A stretch of 10,363 bases of DNA from Octopus sinensis (taxonomy: Eukaryota), in NCBI RefSeq assembly GCF_006345805.1, contig NW_021827451.1:1-10363 (forward strand), written 5' to 3'. A model generated the notes under the pieces. That model saw nothing but the letters and a program-made list of their open reading frames with translations, did no database searches and was not told where the DNA came from. Shown here in pieces: positions 1-9,580 of this stretch (the stretch's first letter is position 1; each line of letters starts with the position of its first letter). A program made the position numbers and the translations under genes.

Positions 1-83
1 TAAGCGGTTAATATCAATTCATTTGGCATTTGGATATTGAGTGACATTCCACTATTGATCTCCACTGGGCATTAAACATATAT

Positions 84-85
<2 letters not shown>

Positions 86-147
<62 letters not shown>

Positions 148-178
148 CCTCTATCTCTCTATCTCTCTATCTATTTAC

Positions 179-218
<40 letters not shown>

Positions 219-231
219 TTCTATTTATCTA
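86..231. repeat. (CT)n grading into (CTAT)n microsatellite
   Basis: Directly visible dinucleotide and tetranucleotide tandem repeats. Confidence 0.97.
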
Positions 232-258
232 GATGACTATCAATCAATCTAACCATCT

Positions 259-441
259 TATATATATATATATATATATTATGTGCGTGTGTATATATGT
301 ATGTGTGTATATAAATAAATATATATGTATATATATTTATATAATGTATATGTGTATATATATATATAATACATATATATATATATATATATATATCTAT
401 ATATATACTTATATACATACATAATACATATATAATATATA
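259..441. repeat. Compound (TA)n/(TG)n microsatellite
   Basis: Directly visible; accounts for ORFs 221..418 and 233..424 (I/Y-rich translations). Confidence 0.95.
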
Positions 442-563
442 GTTCTTTTTCCCTCTCCCACTCTCTTCACTTCTCCCTCCCTTTCTCTTCTTACCTTCCC
501 CTCTGTCATATCACTTTCTCTCCTTCCTTTTGTCCCTCTGTCTCCTTTTTTCTTTTCCAACTC

Positions 564-719
564 TGTATATATGTGTGTGTGTGTGTGTGTGCATATATGT
601 GTGTTTGTGTGTGTGTGTGAGTGAGAGAGAGTCTGTTGTGTATGTGTGTGCGTATGTGCGCGTTCGCGTTTGTATCTGTATATATGTATGCATGTATGTA
701 TGTATATGTATGTATATTT

Positions 720-752
<33 letters not shown>

Positions 753-760
753 GTACACAC
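564..760. repeat. Compound (TG)n/(TA)n/(TATG)n microsatellite
   Basis: Directly visible; accounts for the C/V/H/T/Y-rich ORFs at 279-824. Confidence 0.95.
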
Positions 761-939
761 AGTGAGAGCGAGAGGAGGGAAGCACAAAAACACACCAGGT
801 CACTGATAACAAGCTAACGCACACATATAGATAAGTTATGGTTGTTTTCGTTTTTAATTTAGTAATGGGAAAGTATTATTTAATCTGCTATGCCCATCAG
901 ATATGGAAAATGTGATGGTGTTTACACCCACAGGGGGTG

Positions 940-1170
940 TGTACGTGATCGTATATGAGTGCGCATAGACATATGTACATGTGTGTGTTTGTGTGCGTGC
1001 GCGCTCGCGTATTGCTCTAATGTACGTGTGTGCATGTATGTGTATGTGCGTATCTATGTGAATGCGTATGTGTGTGTGTGTTTATGTTTGTGTGTATTTG
1101 TGTGTGTGTGTGTATGTGTTTCTCTGTTTGTGTGTGTGTGCGTCTGTTTGTGTAAACGTATGTGTGAATA
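940..1170. repeat. Degenerate (TG)n microsatellite
   Basis: Directly visible; accounts for ORFs 959..1243 and 1017..1304. Confidence 0.93.
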
Positions 1171-1339
1171 TATTGAAGATGCAAATGTGTTGCATACAAA
1201 GAAAATAATTTCCAGTAAATGTGGCAAAGTAATGTGTATTTAATTTTATTGAGGACCACTCTTGTTCTGTTATGACAGTTGCTCAGTTTGGAATGTTTGG
1301 TCAAGGAGGAAACAGACCAGTAGGCTCTAAATATACTGT

Positions 1340-3000
1340 CACGTTTTCCAACGTGAACTGAAGTCTTATATCATGATTGTTCACGAATTCTAACAAAATC
1401 TCAGAGAAAACAAAAATAAGTTGTGAAAACAGGATATGAATACACAGAAACACGAACGCTGGACTCCCAATTAGCAATATATTACACAAATACAAGGAAT
1501 TTCACAAAAATACTAATGATGGTATTAACCAAGCAGCGAAAATAATAATGCCGATAAATAAAGATAGAGTTACATTGAACGCAAAGCATACGTAAAACTT
1601 AAAGCCCATAAGGAGAATTTCGACGCCAAATGTCAGAGAATTAGAAAGCATATACTAAACTGCATAGGACACAAATGTAACTACATTGGGACTATAGTGG
1701 GGTCGTTTAGTGATTTAACATTTACCTTAAATATAAATATAAATTCAACCAATTCACTTTTGTCGAATTCTACCCATCAAATTCTAAGCTCCTCCCCATC
1801 AAGGCCCAAGTCTCTTGAATTCGGAATGACACATTGTGACATCGACGACTATGGTGCACATTCCATGATGGCATTGTTTTGGTTGATCATGTGGATTTGT
1901 TCCTGTCTGACACCCCAAGACAGAGGGCCTCTCGCTATAGGTCTGCACAGAAATGATGGAATTTCGAGTAATATGAACGAGCAGGCTACTGAGAGGTTTA
2001 AAAATGATTTGATAGGCATACTGAAAGGGTTTCGCTTATATGTAGTTATAAGCAGCAACCTAAAGACAGCTAACTTTCTAGATATTGCTTGACATATTAA
2101 GATAGATAAGCACTGCCCCTATAGGAAACGAGAAGACTGTATACATCCACTAAGATTCCAGTCATCTTCCAGCTATAATTAAATACTTGATGGAAACAGT
2201 AACACAGCCACCAAACTATACTCAGAGAAAAAATTTCTTGACAAAATACCTTACTCTTACAACGAGGCACTCGTAAAGAGGAGTTTCAATAAGGAGCTTC
2301 TTTACACGCAAAACACCTCACCATCCCAAATCAGAGAAAAGTAAGGCAGAGCAAAGTAACCTGATTTAACGTTTCCACTTATAATTTTGACATCTCCACC
2401 AATATTCTCAGGATCTTCTAATGCCTTTCAAGGCACTACTTCCCACCAATACACAAATACCATAAACTTTTGAGTGAGCACAATATGAATGTTAATTATT
2501 CCACCATCGTTTCCAAGATCAAGCGTCACGACCGAAAACATCTGGAATATACATCTGGAAACATACCATCCTCACTGCCAATTCATATTTTTTAAAATCA
2601 ATCCACTCGTTCACCTAATAGATTTTACCTGTCCAAAAGTGGTATACCAAGCTTCAGTTATACCACCTGGTGGTATTCTGAGGAACTATTAATATATGAG
2701 GCTCAACGCTGGCGACTTTACGAAACATTATAATCAGACTTAGTCTTTTAGGTATAAGAAGATGGAAAACAACACATCTCTCTCGTAATATACCAGGAAA
2801 CTCAGGAACCATCTGCATTATCACAATGTATTGGAATACTGTTGAAATAACTATTCTATATTCCAACGAATCTTGTAGCTGTACAATTTGCTCATCTGAA
2901 AAGATTCGGATGAAGTTACAGGCATAATATCCCTCACAAGAAAGTCTGAGACCATATCTAACTATCACCAAAAGCAGCCATTCTTTCTGGAAATTTTCAG
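1340..3000 (+). mobile_element. Decayed Penelope-like retroelement (PLE): reverse transcriptase + GIY-YIG endonuclease, with many stops, frameshifts and deletions
   Basis: Hand translation across frames gives PLE motifs in the expected order: FQRELKSYI (~1346), AYVKLKAHKENF (1586-1621; PLE 'AFITLKDHKENF'), FNQFTFVEFYPS (1744-1779; 'FIQFDIVEFYPS'), GLHRNDG (1940-1960; catalytic 'GLYRDDG' degraded), NLKTANFLDI (~2057-2086), CPYRK, SSHLPAIIK ('SNHPPSIIK'), HYFPPIHKYHKLLSEHNMNVNYS (~2435-2500), KVVYQASV (~2636-2659; GIY-YIG start), CTICSSEK, and RKSETISNYHQK near the C-terminus. The family consensus strings are recalled, not retrieved from a database. Confidence 0.88.
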
Positions 3001-3552
3001 CCGCGCCAAGTGACACAAACTCGAACAATTCTCGACTAACAACTACTTGAAGTAGACTCCCTTATCGGCGAATATGACTCCTTTATCATTTAATCACTCA
3101 GTTTCATAGCATTTTCGAAAGCATAACCTACATTTAACCAATAAAAAAATCAACCTTACTAATAAAAACTCGACCAACGAGGAACGACTTTACAAGCAAT
3201 CCACGATTACATTTCCACTCATAAACTTGTTAGAACACAGGCATACATTACATCTCTGTGAAATTAACTTAGTAGTGGATCATTAGCTTTTTAATTACAA
3301 TATAAGCACTACAGAGTGTATTCAATGCACTTTTGTTTCGCTTGTTATTTGTACGTCTATATGTGTGTAACGATTAGTGTGAGAATGCATGTGTATGGTA
3401 GCAATAAACATCACGTGAACTCTACAGAGTACATTTCAACTTGAACAAAATGCAATTTTATTTACTGAAAGAACTCAATCAATAATCATAAATAATTAAA
3501 AAAAATTACTCGAGGCTTCGAGTAAAAGATTATAAATTACTTCGAGACAAAA

Positions 3553-3882
<330 letters not shown>

Positions 3883-4160
3883 GGAACAGACAGGTAGACA
3901 GACAGAGATGCACATGGATGTAGGTAGTACAATCTTAGCTAATATAAGCAAAGTAGTAAAATCACTAAGTGCACAAAGAATGGACTTTAAGTCTATGTCA
4001 ATTACACAAACAGAAAGAATGGACTTCAAATAACCAGATAAAGAATATATAGAATATTAATCATCAAAATACCTCATGGAACAGGATGATACATTCATTT
4101 AATCAGCTGCTGTTGAACTGAACACACCTGTTTAGTCACACAATTCACAGCAGTTGATAA

Positions 4161-4261
4161 GTGTGTGTGTGTATACCTGCGTGTAAGTTTTTGCATCTGT
4201 GTATGTATATATGTGTGTGTGCATATATATGTGTATATATGTATGTATGTATATAAATATA

Positions 4262-4297
<36 letters not shown>

Positions 4298-4309
4298 TGT
4301 ATGTATACA
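4161..4309. repeat. Compound (TG)n/(TA)n/(TATG)n microsatellite
   Basis: Directly visible. Confidence 0.95.
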
Positions 4310-4353
4310 CGCATAATTGAACACTATATGTGCATTGCTCAAATGGATAATGG

Positions 4354-4408
4354 ATGTAGACGCCTCTGATGAGAATCCGATCAGATTCGAAAATCGATCT
4401 AGGTACAT
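4354..4408 (+). ncRNA. Type I hammerhead ribozyme motif (family B), near-canonical with one core deviation
   Basis: Stem I ATGTA(4354-58)-GACG bulge-CCT(4363-65) pairs with AGG-TACAT(4401-08). Core CTGATGA 4366-72. Stem II GAATC(4373-77)/GATTC(4384-88) with a 6-nt loop. GAAA 4389-92. Short stem III region A-TCGA-T-C-T. Position 16.1 is C where U is conserved. Confidence 0.72.
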
Positions 4409-4446
4409 AACTTTTTTCAGTCTACTGAGAAATAGCAAATTATCAC

Positions 4447-4491
4447 TATTTATAAATCTACTATATAGATTATATAGTAGATTTATAAATA
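4447..4491. repeat. Perfect 21-bp inverted repeat with a 3-nt loop
   Basis: TATTTATAAATCTACTATATA (4447-4467), GAT, TATATAGTAGATTTATAAATA (4471-4491): exact reverse complements. Confidence 0.97.
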
Positions 4492-4573
4492 TAATATCTT
4501 GATACTGTATACATTGAGACTTCGTTGACAAACTCCTTGTGTGAAATAAAATGTTAACAGTAACGGGAAAATA

Positions 4574-5786
4574 TTAGGTTGTTTCGAAAATAATGGCTAT
4601 CTCAGTGTTGTGTTTTAAAGCGCAGTTTTATCATAGTATTTTAATTATATTTTAGGTGAAATTCGACATACTTAATATTTGATTTATGCTCTTTAAAAAT
4701 GTTCTACTTATTTAAGACAGAAAACATTCTTGAAGCATAGACACCCTTAATTATGAACATGACAAAAAAGGACCTTCGCTTATCTTTCTTGCATGAGTTC
4801 AAGCTTGTGGACAATGCCTCGCAAACTGATACCAATATCAACAGAGCTTGGGGAGAGGGGTCCACAAGTGATCCCACAGTACGAAGGTGGTTTCAGAAAT
4901 TCAAGACTAGGAAGGTAGAGGACGGTCATGCAGCCTTGACAATAATGAACAATGGAAAGCAATTGTTGAACAAAACCCGCAACAAAGTGTCAAAGAAATG
5001 TCTCAGGCACTTGGTGTCGGTATAATCTGTAGAAGATTGGTCAGGTGAAAAAGCTTGATAAATGGGTACCGCATGAGTTCAATGAAAATCAAAAAGTTCG
5101 ACGTTTTGAAGTGTGCTCGATGCTCTGCGAAACACCAATGTGTTTCCTTTATGGTAACCGTAAACGATCAGGTGAATGGCTTGATCGTGATGAGTCTCCC
5201 AAACATTTCCCGAAGCAAAAGTTGTAACAGCAAAAGATTATGTTGACTGTCTGGTGGTCTGCAATTGGTGTTGTCCATTACAGCTTTCTGGAAGCCTATC
5301 AGAGCATTACAGCAGAGGTTTACTGGAATGCATGCTCACTTGCAAAAAATGCATGCTCACTTGCAAAAAATGAGACCTGCATTGGTGAATCGGCGAGGCT
5401 CAATTCCATTCCACCATAATGCAAAGCCATAAGTTGCGAGAATGACGCTGCGGAAACTCACAGATTTGGGATACGAGACATTACCACATCCTCCATATTC
5501 TTCTAATCTTTCACCCACTGACTACCACTTTTTAAAGCATTTAAACACGTTTTTAAGTGATAAAAACTTTCAGATCCAAACCAGAGGTGGAATCAGCTTT
5601 CAAAGATTTCTTAGCATCAAAGCCAATAAGTTTTTATCAACGAGGCATAAATAATCTCCTTGATCGATGGTAGAGATGCAGAGATGTTCGCGGCTCGTAC
5701 TTTGACTAATCAAAACATTTCTATTGTTAATTTTTCCAAAATAAAATTAAGTTTCTGAAATCAACCATTATTTTCGGAATAGCTAA
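4574..5786 (+). mobile_element. Mariner (Tc1/mariner, Hsmar1-like) DNA transposon fossil with imperfect ~25-bp TIRs
   Basis: Left TIR TTAGGTTGTTTCGAAAATAATGGCT (4574-4598) is preceded by TA (4572-73). The right TIR AACCATTATTTTCGGAATAGCTAA (5763-5786) is its reverse complement with four substitutions and one gap. A transposase remnant lies between them. The right TA duplication is not clean. Confidence 0.92.
4753..5709 (+). pseudogene. Mariner DD34D transposase pseudogene
   Basis: MNMTKKDLRLSFLHEFKL...TVRRWFQKF (HTH); KKLDKWVPHEF (WVPHEL motif); WLDRDESPKHFPK; TVWWSAIGVVHYSFL; LGYETLPHPPYSSNLSPTDYHFLKHL (YSPDL motif); ends GSYFD* with the stop at 5707-5709. Several frameshifts and stops. The segment carrying the first catalytic D (TCDEKW) is deleted and HDNA reads HHNA. 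Confidence 0.93.
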
Positions 5787-5994
5787 ATTAGTTCTGTTTA
5801 TGAATCTACTACATAGGTTATATATGTTATATCATATCTTGAGAGTGTGAGGACTGAGATTCCTGTTGACAGGCCCCTGGTGTTAAATAAAGTGTTAACA
5901 CTTATGTTATACAAATTAGTAATTCCAGTTTCCTGTAGCTTCTGAAATAGTTGAGTATATAAACTGATCGGCAGCTTACTTCTCTAGGATTAGT

Positions 5995-6120
5995 CAAATT
6001 GATGAGGACATTTCTCATCAGAATCCAGAAAGATTCGAAAATCAGTTAACGTTGTTCGTCATTTTCTTTCCAATCTACGGTGTTATAGTTGAATTAGTCC
6101 TGTTTATATATCTACTATAT
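5995..6120 (+). repeat. Diverged second copy of the family-B HHR-bearing repeat (homologous to ~4339-4467); catalytic core destroyed
   Basis: Stem II GAATC(6021-25)/GATTC(6032-36), GAAA(6037-40) and A-TCAG-TT-A(6041-48) are retained. The core reads CTCATCA (6014-20) instead of CTGATGA. Downstream 6071-6120 aligns to 4418-4466 at 37/50 positions by hand. Confidence 0.68.
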
Positions 6121-6637
6121 TGGTTACATATATATATACGAACATAAGTGTGTATGTATACGCATTTCTCTAGCCCAAAGCAGGTTTCCAAACAACCATA
6201 ATGGTAGAATAGGGATTACTATATATATAAACTTTAATTTTTCCGGTATATATAAATATATATTTCTATGTGGACATATGTGAGTGTGCCGTAAAGAGGG
6301 TGTCAAGTACAGATGGATGGAAAGTTTGGTAACTAGATAGACTGATAGATAAGTAGGTAGGCTGGTTATCAAATAATATGTAGAACAAGTTATCACGTAT
6401 GTATATTTCATGCATATCGAGTTTGTTTTACTCCCGGCCCTAATTCCAATTGTACCGTAACGCCATCATACTTCCAGGATCAAGCATCACTACAGCCACC
6501 CTCGTAGTAAACGTCCATCAAAACCATGATCATGAACATTATTACCTCCACTCTGCATTTAATCCCTTATATGGTATACATATTTTCAATATATTTATTA
6601 TTTTATGGTATTATTATAATTTTTTTATTATGCTACT

Positions 6638-6852
6638 GCGGCGTATTGACAGAATCGTTAGCTTGCCGGCGGAATGGTTTGCAGTATTTGATCGGTCTTC
6701 ACGGTCTGAGTTCAAACTCTGCCGAGGTCGACTTTGCTTTTCATCCTTCGGGGTCAATAAAATAAATACCCGTTAAGTACTGGAGTCTGCATAATTGACA
6801 AGGTCCCTCCTTCAAATTTCGTGCTTTGTTCCTATAGTAAAAACGATTATTA
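6638..6852 (+). mobile_element. tRNA-derived SINE (octopus-type), near full length
   Basis: A-box-like TGACAGAATCGTTAG and B-box GTTCAAACTC (6710-19), then the body GAGGTCGACTTTGCTTTTCATCCTTCGGGGTCAATAAAATAAATACC, then an (ATT)n tail. Homologous to the two minus-strand copies at 7262-7650. Confidence 0.88.
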
Positions 6853-7261
6853 TTTTTTTATTCTTTTTTTTTTAAAGCTACTACTCCAGCTTTGAATAGA
6901 CTTGATCGATTTTTCACGTGTCTCCAAATATTTTTCTTCATATCCTTGCGTATTTCAAAATTGGATTTTGTTTGTTTTATTTTGATCAACTTCTTCCTGT
7001 GTCTGTGTCCTTGGGTACATTCTAATCTTTCTTACAGTTATAATACCTTTATATCTTTATCCAATTTCTCTGTCTATTTCTAATCGCTCCTATCTCTTCT
7101 ATCATTCTGCATACAATTATATTTGCTTTCTATCGATATTCACCCAGGGCTTATCCGTTAAGAAAATAAGATTTTTGCAGCAATTGTTTTGGGTCTTTTG
7201 TGTTCTGTACAGAATGGTCACAGTCACTGCCCTTTCATCCTAATTAAAAGATAAATATAAT

Positions 7262-7435
7262 AAATATTGAAGTCCAAGTTCGGGGGAGAAGGAAAGTCGA
7301 TTACATCGACCCCAGTGCTCAGGAGGTACTTATTTTATCGATCTCGTAAGGATAAAAGATAAGCCAATCCCGGCGAAATTTGAACTCAAGACGTAAAGCT
7401 GCTAAACATTTTGTCCGGGGCTGTAACTCACCGCC
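7262..7435 (-). mobile_element. tRNA-derived SINE, same family, internally deleted
   Basis: Reverse complement matches the 6638 copy (GTCGATTACATCGACCCCAGTG, GTACTTATTTTATCGA). B-box GAGTTCAAATTTC on the minus strand. Head ends at ...CACCGCC 7435. Confidence 0.85.
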
Positions 7436-7449
7436 TTAAAAATAATAAT

Positions 7450-7650
7450 GGTTTCAAAGTTTGACACAAGGCCAGCAATTTCGGGGGAGGCGCTAAGTCG
7501 ATTACATCGACCCCAGTGTTGAAATGGTACTTATTTTATTGACCCCAAAAGGATGAAAGGCAAAGTCGGCCACCATGGAATTGGAACTCAGAACGTAAAG
7601 ACGGACGAAATGTTGCTAAGCATTTTGCTCGGCGTACTAACGATTCTGCC
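7450..7650 (-). mobile_element. tRNA-derived SINE, same family, flanked by 14-bp direct repeats
   Basis: AAGTCGATTACATCGACCCCAGTG...GACCCCAAAAGGATGAAAGGCAAAGTCG...GAACTCAGAACGTAAAGACGGACGAAATG...CTAACGATTCTGCC. TTAAAAATAATAAT occurs at both 7436-7449 and 7651-7664. Confidence 0.9.
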
Positions 7651-8165
7651 TTAAAAATAATAATAATATTAACACCATTTCCAACGTCAAAACTGATAAC
7701 AGCGTCATCCGACCACTCAATCTATTAGAAATAGCAGCTAATTTCCCTAATAAAAAAAATAAGAAGGTCAAAGTGAAAACACTGTGTAACAAAATTTTTA
7801 TTTCTTTTTTTGTCTTTGGTCGGTAAATGTTACGTTATATTTGCTTCAATCTAGAAATCAAGATCAAATTATTAATCTCTTCAAACTTTGCTTTTGTGGC
7901 CTGTACATCAAATTACATTTCAGACAGATTCAGCGCTAAGATGCTGAAGCGGGAAGATCGTTATAACAATTATTCTGCTCAATAGCACATATTTGCTAAA
8001 ACCTTAACCACTTGGACGTATATCTTAATGGCTGACAATATGTGCAATTGTGAGAGAGCATCATAACCATGTATTGAAAGGTGTTCTTTGAGGTTTGAAT
8101 AAATATAACAAATTATTTACATTATTTACATTTGACGGATATTTGTCCTCATCTTGTTTGTTTTT

Positions 8166-8211
8166 AACCCAACGTTTCGGCTCATATACCCTCCAGCCTT
8201 CTTCAGGTGTC
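8166..8211 (-). ncRNA. Minimal type I hammerhead ribozyme (family A, left arm), core intact
   Basis: Minus strand reads GACAC-CTGAAGA-A-GGCT-ggagggtatatg-AGCC-GAAA-CGTT-GGGTT: CUGANGA core, one extra A before stem II, 4-bp stem II, GAAA, palindromic ACGU stem III, GUU cleavage triplet, and stem I with one A/G mismatch. Confidence 0.78.
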
Positions 8212-8244
8212 TTGGGGAAATTTCGAACCTGGGTTTTTTTCGAT

Positions 8245-8277
8245 GTTGTTGTTGTTGTTGTTATATTGTTATTATTA

Positions 8278-8309
<32 letters not shown>
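8245..8309. repeat. (GTT)n/(ATT)n microsatellite: left-arm spacer and 3' flank of the R4 element
   Basis: Directly visible. Confidence 0.95.
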
Positions 8310-8310
<1 letters not shown>

Positions 8311-9471
8311 TTTTTTTTTTTCTCTTTCAAATTTTCTTCCATTTCTTGCCGAGTGTCTTCCCGACTCCTAGGGCAAAGAAACTCATAGTGTATATTGGTA
8401 GGCCATAAACCAAACTCAGTAGTTCGTTCATTTTTTTTTTTTTTTTTTAAGTTAATTAAAATATAAGCAGCAACAGTTCTCACATCGACAATGCTCTTCT
8501 CAATACGTGTGATGTACCAGTTAAGACAATCTTTTGCACTTCTTGCAGGGATGGTAAGCCAGGGATCATTCTCATATAATTTTCGGTTCCTTCTTGATCA
8601 TTCCTGGTGCTCCTACGATCACTGGTATTGTAACCGCCTTGAGATGGCCACATTTTCTCAATTTCAATGAGTAGGTCTTTATATTTTCTGAGCTTGTCAA
8701 ACTCTTTCGCTGAGATATTATGATCACAGGGGATGCTCATGTCGATCAATAAGCAAACTTTATGTTTTGGTCTTTCACAACAATATCTGGTTTATTGGCC
8801 TTGATGGTTCGGTCTGTATGTACTGGAAAGTCCCACAGAATGGTTACATTTTCTCCTTCAGTTACAGCCTCAGGGTGGTGATTATACCACTTGTCGGCAG
8901 TTTTGATATTGTAATGCCGACTTATTAGCCAGTGGAGATATTGGCCAACTCTGTCATGTCTTAATTTATACTCCACTGGTGCTAAGACTTTACATCCAGA
9001 GATTAGGTGGTCCCATATTCAATCATGTCGTTGCAGAATCGGCATTTTGGTCTGCTCCATTTTTCATCACATTGGCCTGGTAGTTCGGGTTAATAGGCTT
9101 TGGTCTTGAGCAGCCAGGATGAAACCTTCGCTCTCTGCTTTTAGGCCCTGAGCTCCGCAGCCACTGATGGGTTTGCTCTGGTCAACATCAGCTTGGTTGC
9201 TGCGGGTCACATATTTGCCGTGCAGAGGTTTCTCCTCCACCTATCAGCCCATTGCTCGTGCGCTTTTTTCATTGCCATCATTTTCACCTTAGTTGCCGTA
9301 CTTCCCTCGGGTTGTTCAGTTTGGGTATCCTGCACGAGATCAATAGCAAATTGATGATAGAATGAAGCTTCTTTCGTCTCTCGTGATTTTCCACGAGCTT
9401 TAGCATCCAGTCATTCGATATTTCGAGATATTTGGCCAGTCCAATTGTGGTTGTTTTGTAAGCTAGTTCAA

Positions 9472-9472
<1 letters not shown>
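8310..9472 (-). mobile_element. 5'-truncated R4/Dong-type non-LTR retrotransposon (restriction-like endonuclease class), inserted in (TAA)n
   Basis: Minus-strand remnant ORF plus a ~170-nt 3' UTR ending in an A-rich tail. Both ends abut (ATT)n tracts (to 8309 and from 9473). The RT domain is absent. Confidence 0.88.
8480..9470 (-). pseudogene. C-terminal ORF remnant of R4/Dong element: linker, CCHC zinc knuckle and PD-(D/E)xK endonuclease
   Basis: EKPLHGKY, HQWLRSSG, AESEGFILAAQDQSLLTR (~9085-9135), KCRFC...DHLISGC (CRFC at 9033-9044), EYKLRHDRVGQYLHW (RHD 8953-61), ILWDFPVHTDRTIKANKPDIVVKD, IDMSIPCDHNISAKEFDKLRKYKDL, IPVIVGALG (alternate frame), and LRRALSM* ending at 8480. Several frameshifts. 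Confidence 0.92.

Positions 9473-9557
<85 letters not shown>
9473..9557. repeat. Pure (ATT)n microsatellite at the R4 5' junction
   Basis: Directly visible, about 28 units. Confidence 0.97.
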
Positions 9558-9580
9558 GTTCAGGTACGCCATATACCCAC

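Noticed and set aside
221-1304. Numerous 60-180 aa ORFs rich in I/Y/C/V/H/T
   Set aside because: They are translations of (TA)n/(TG)n microsatellites, which lack stop codons in several frames. There is no protein signal. The same applies to the ORFs at 3496-4314.
1697-2092. 131-aa ORF as a stand-alone gene
   Set aside because: Its C-terminal half is the Penelope RT palm remnant, and its N-terminal half is out of frame with the real RT motifs.
3210-3280. Possible HHR in the 3' pLTR of the Penelope fossil (CCACT...ACAG/CTGT-GAAA...AGTGG)
   Set aside because: Candidate stems exist, but there is no recognisable CUGANGA core and no NUH in register. Too degenerate to support.
3506-3525. 8-bp hairpin TTACTCGA-GGCT-TCGAGTAA
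   Set aside because: Short enough to arise by chance in 10 kb, with no associated feature.
3975-4030. Short direct repeat AAAGAATGGACTT, twice about 40 bp apart
   Set aside because: Only two units; not a CRISPR or other array; an ordinary local duplication.
6900-7160. Minus-strand peptide snippets (EKLDKD, TQGHRHRKKL...IRK) reminiscent of a CR1-type LINE C-terminus
   Set aside because: Similarity is weak, interrupted by stops and in purine-biased sequence. A tblastn/RepeatMasker search would be needed.
7690-8100. Segments that look like fragments of other abundant octopus interspersed repeats
   Set aside because: Recognition rests only on recollection. There is no second copy or diagnostic motif inside this window.
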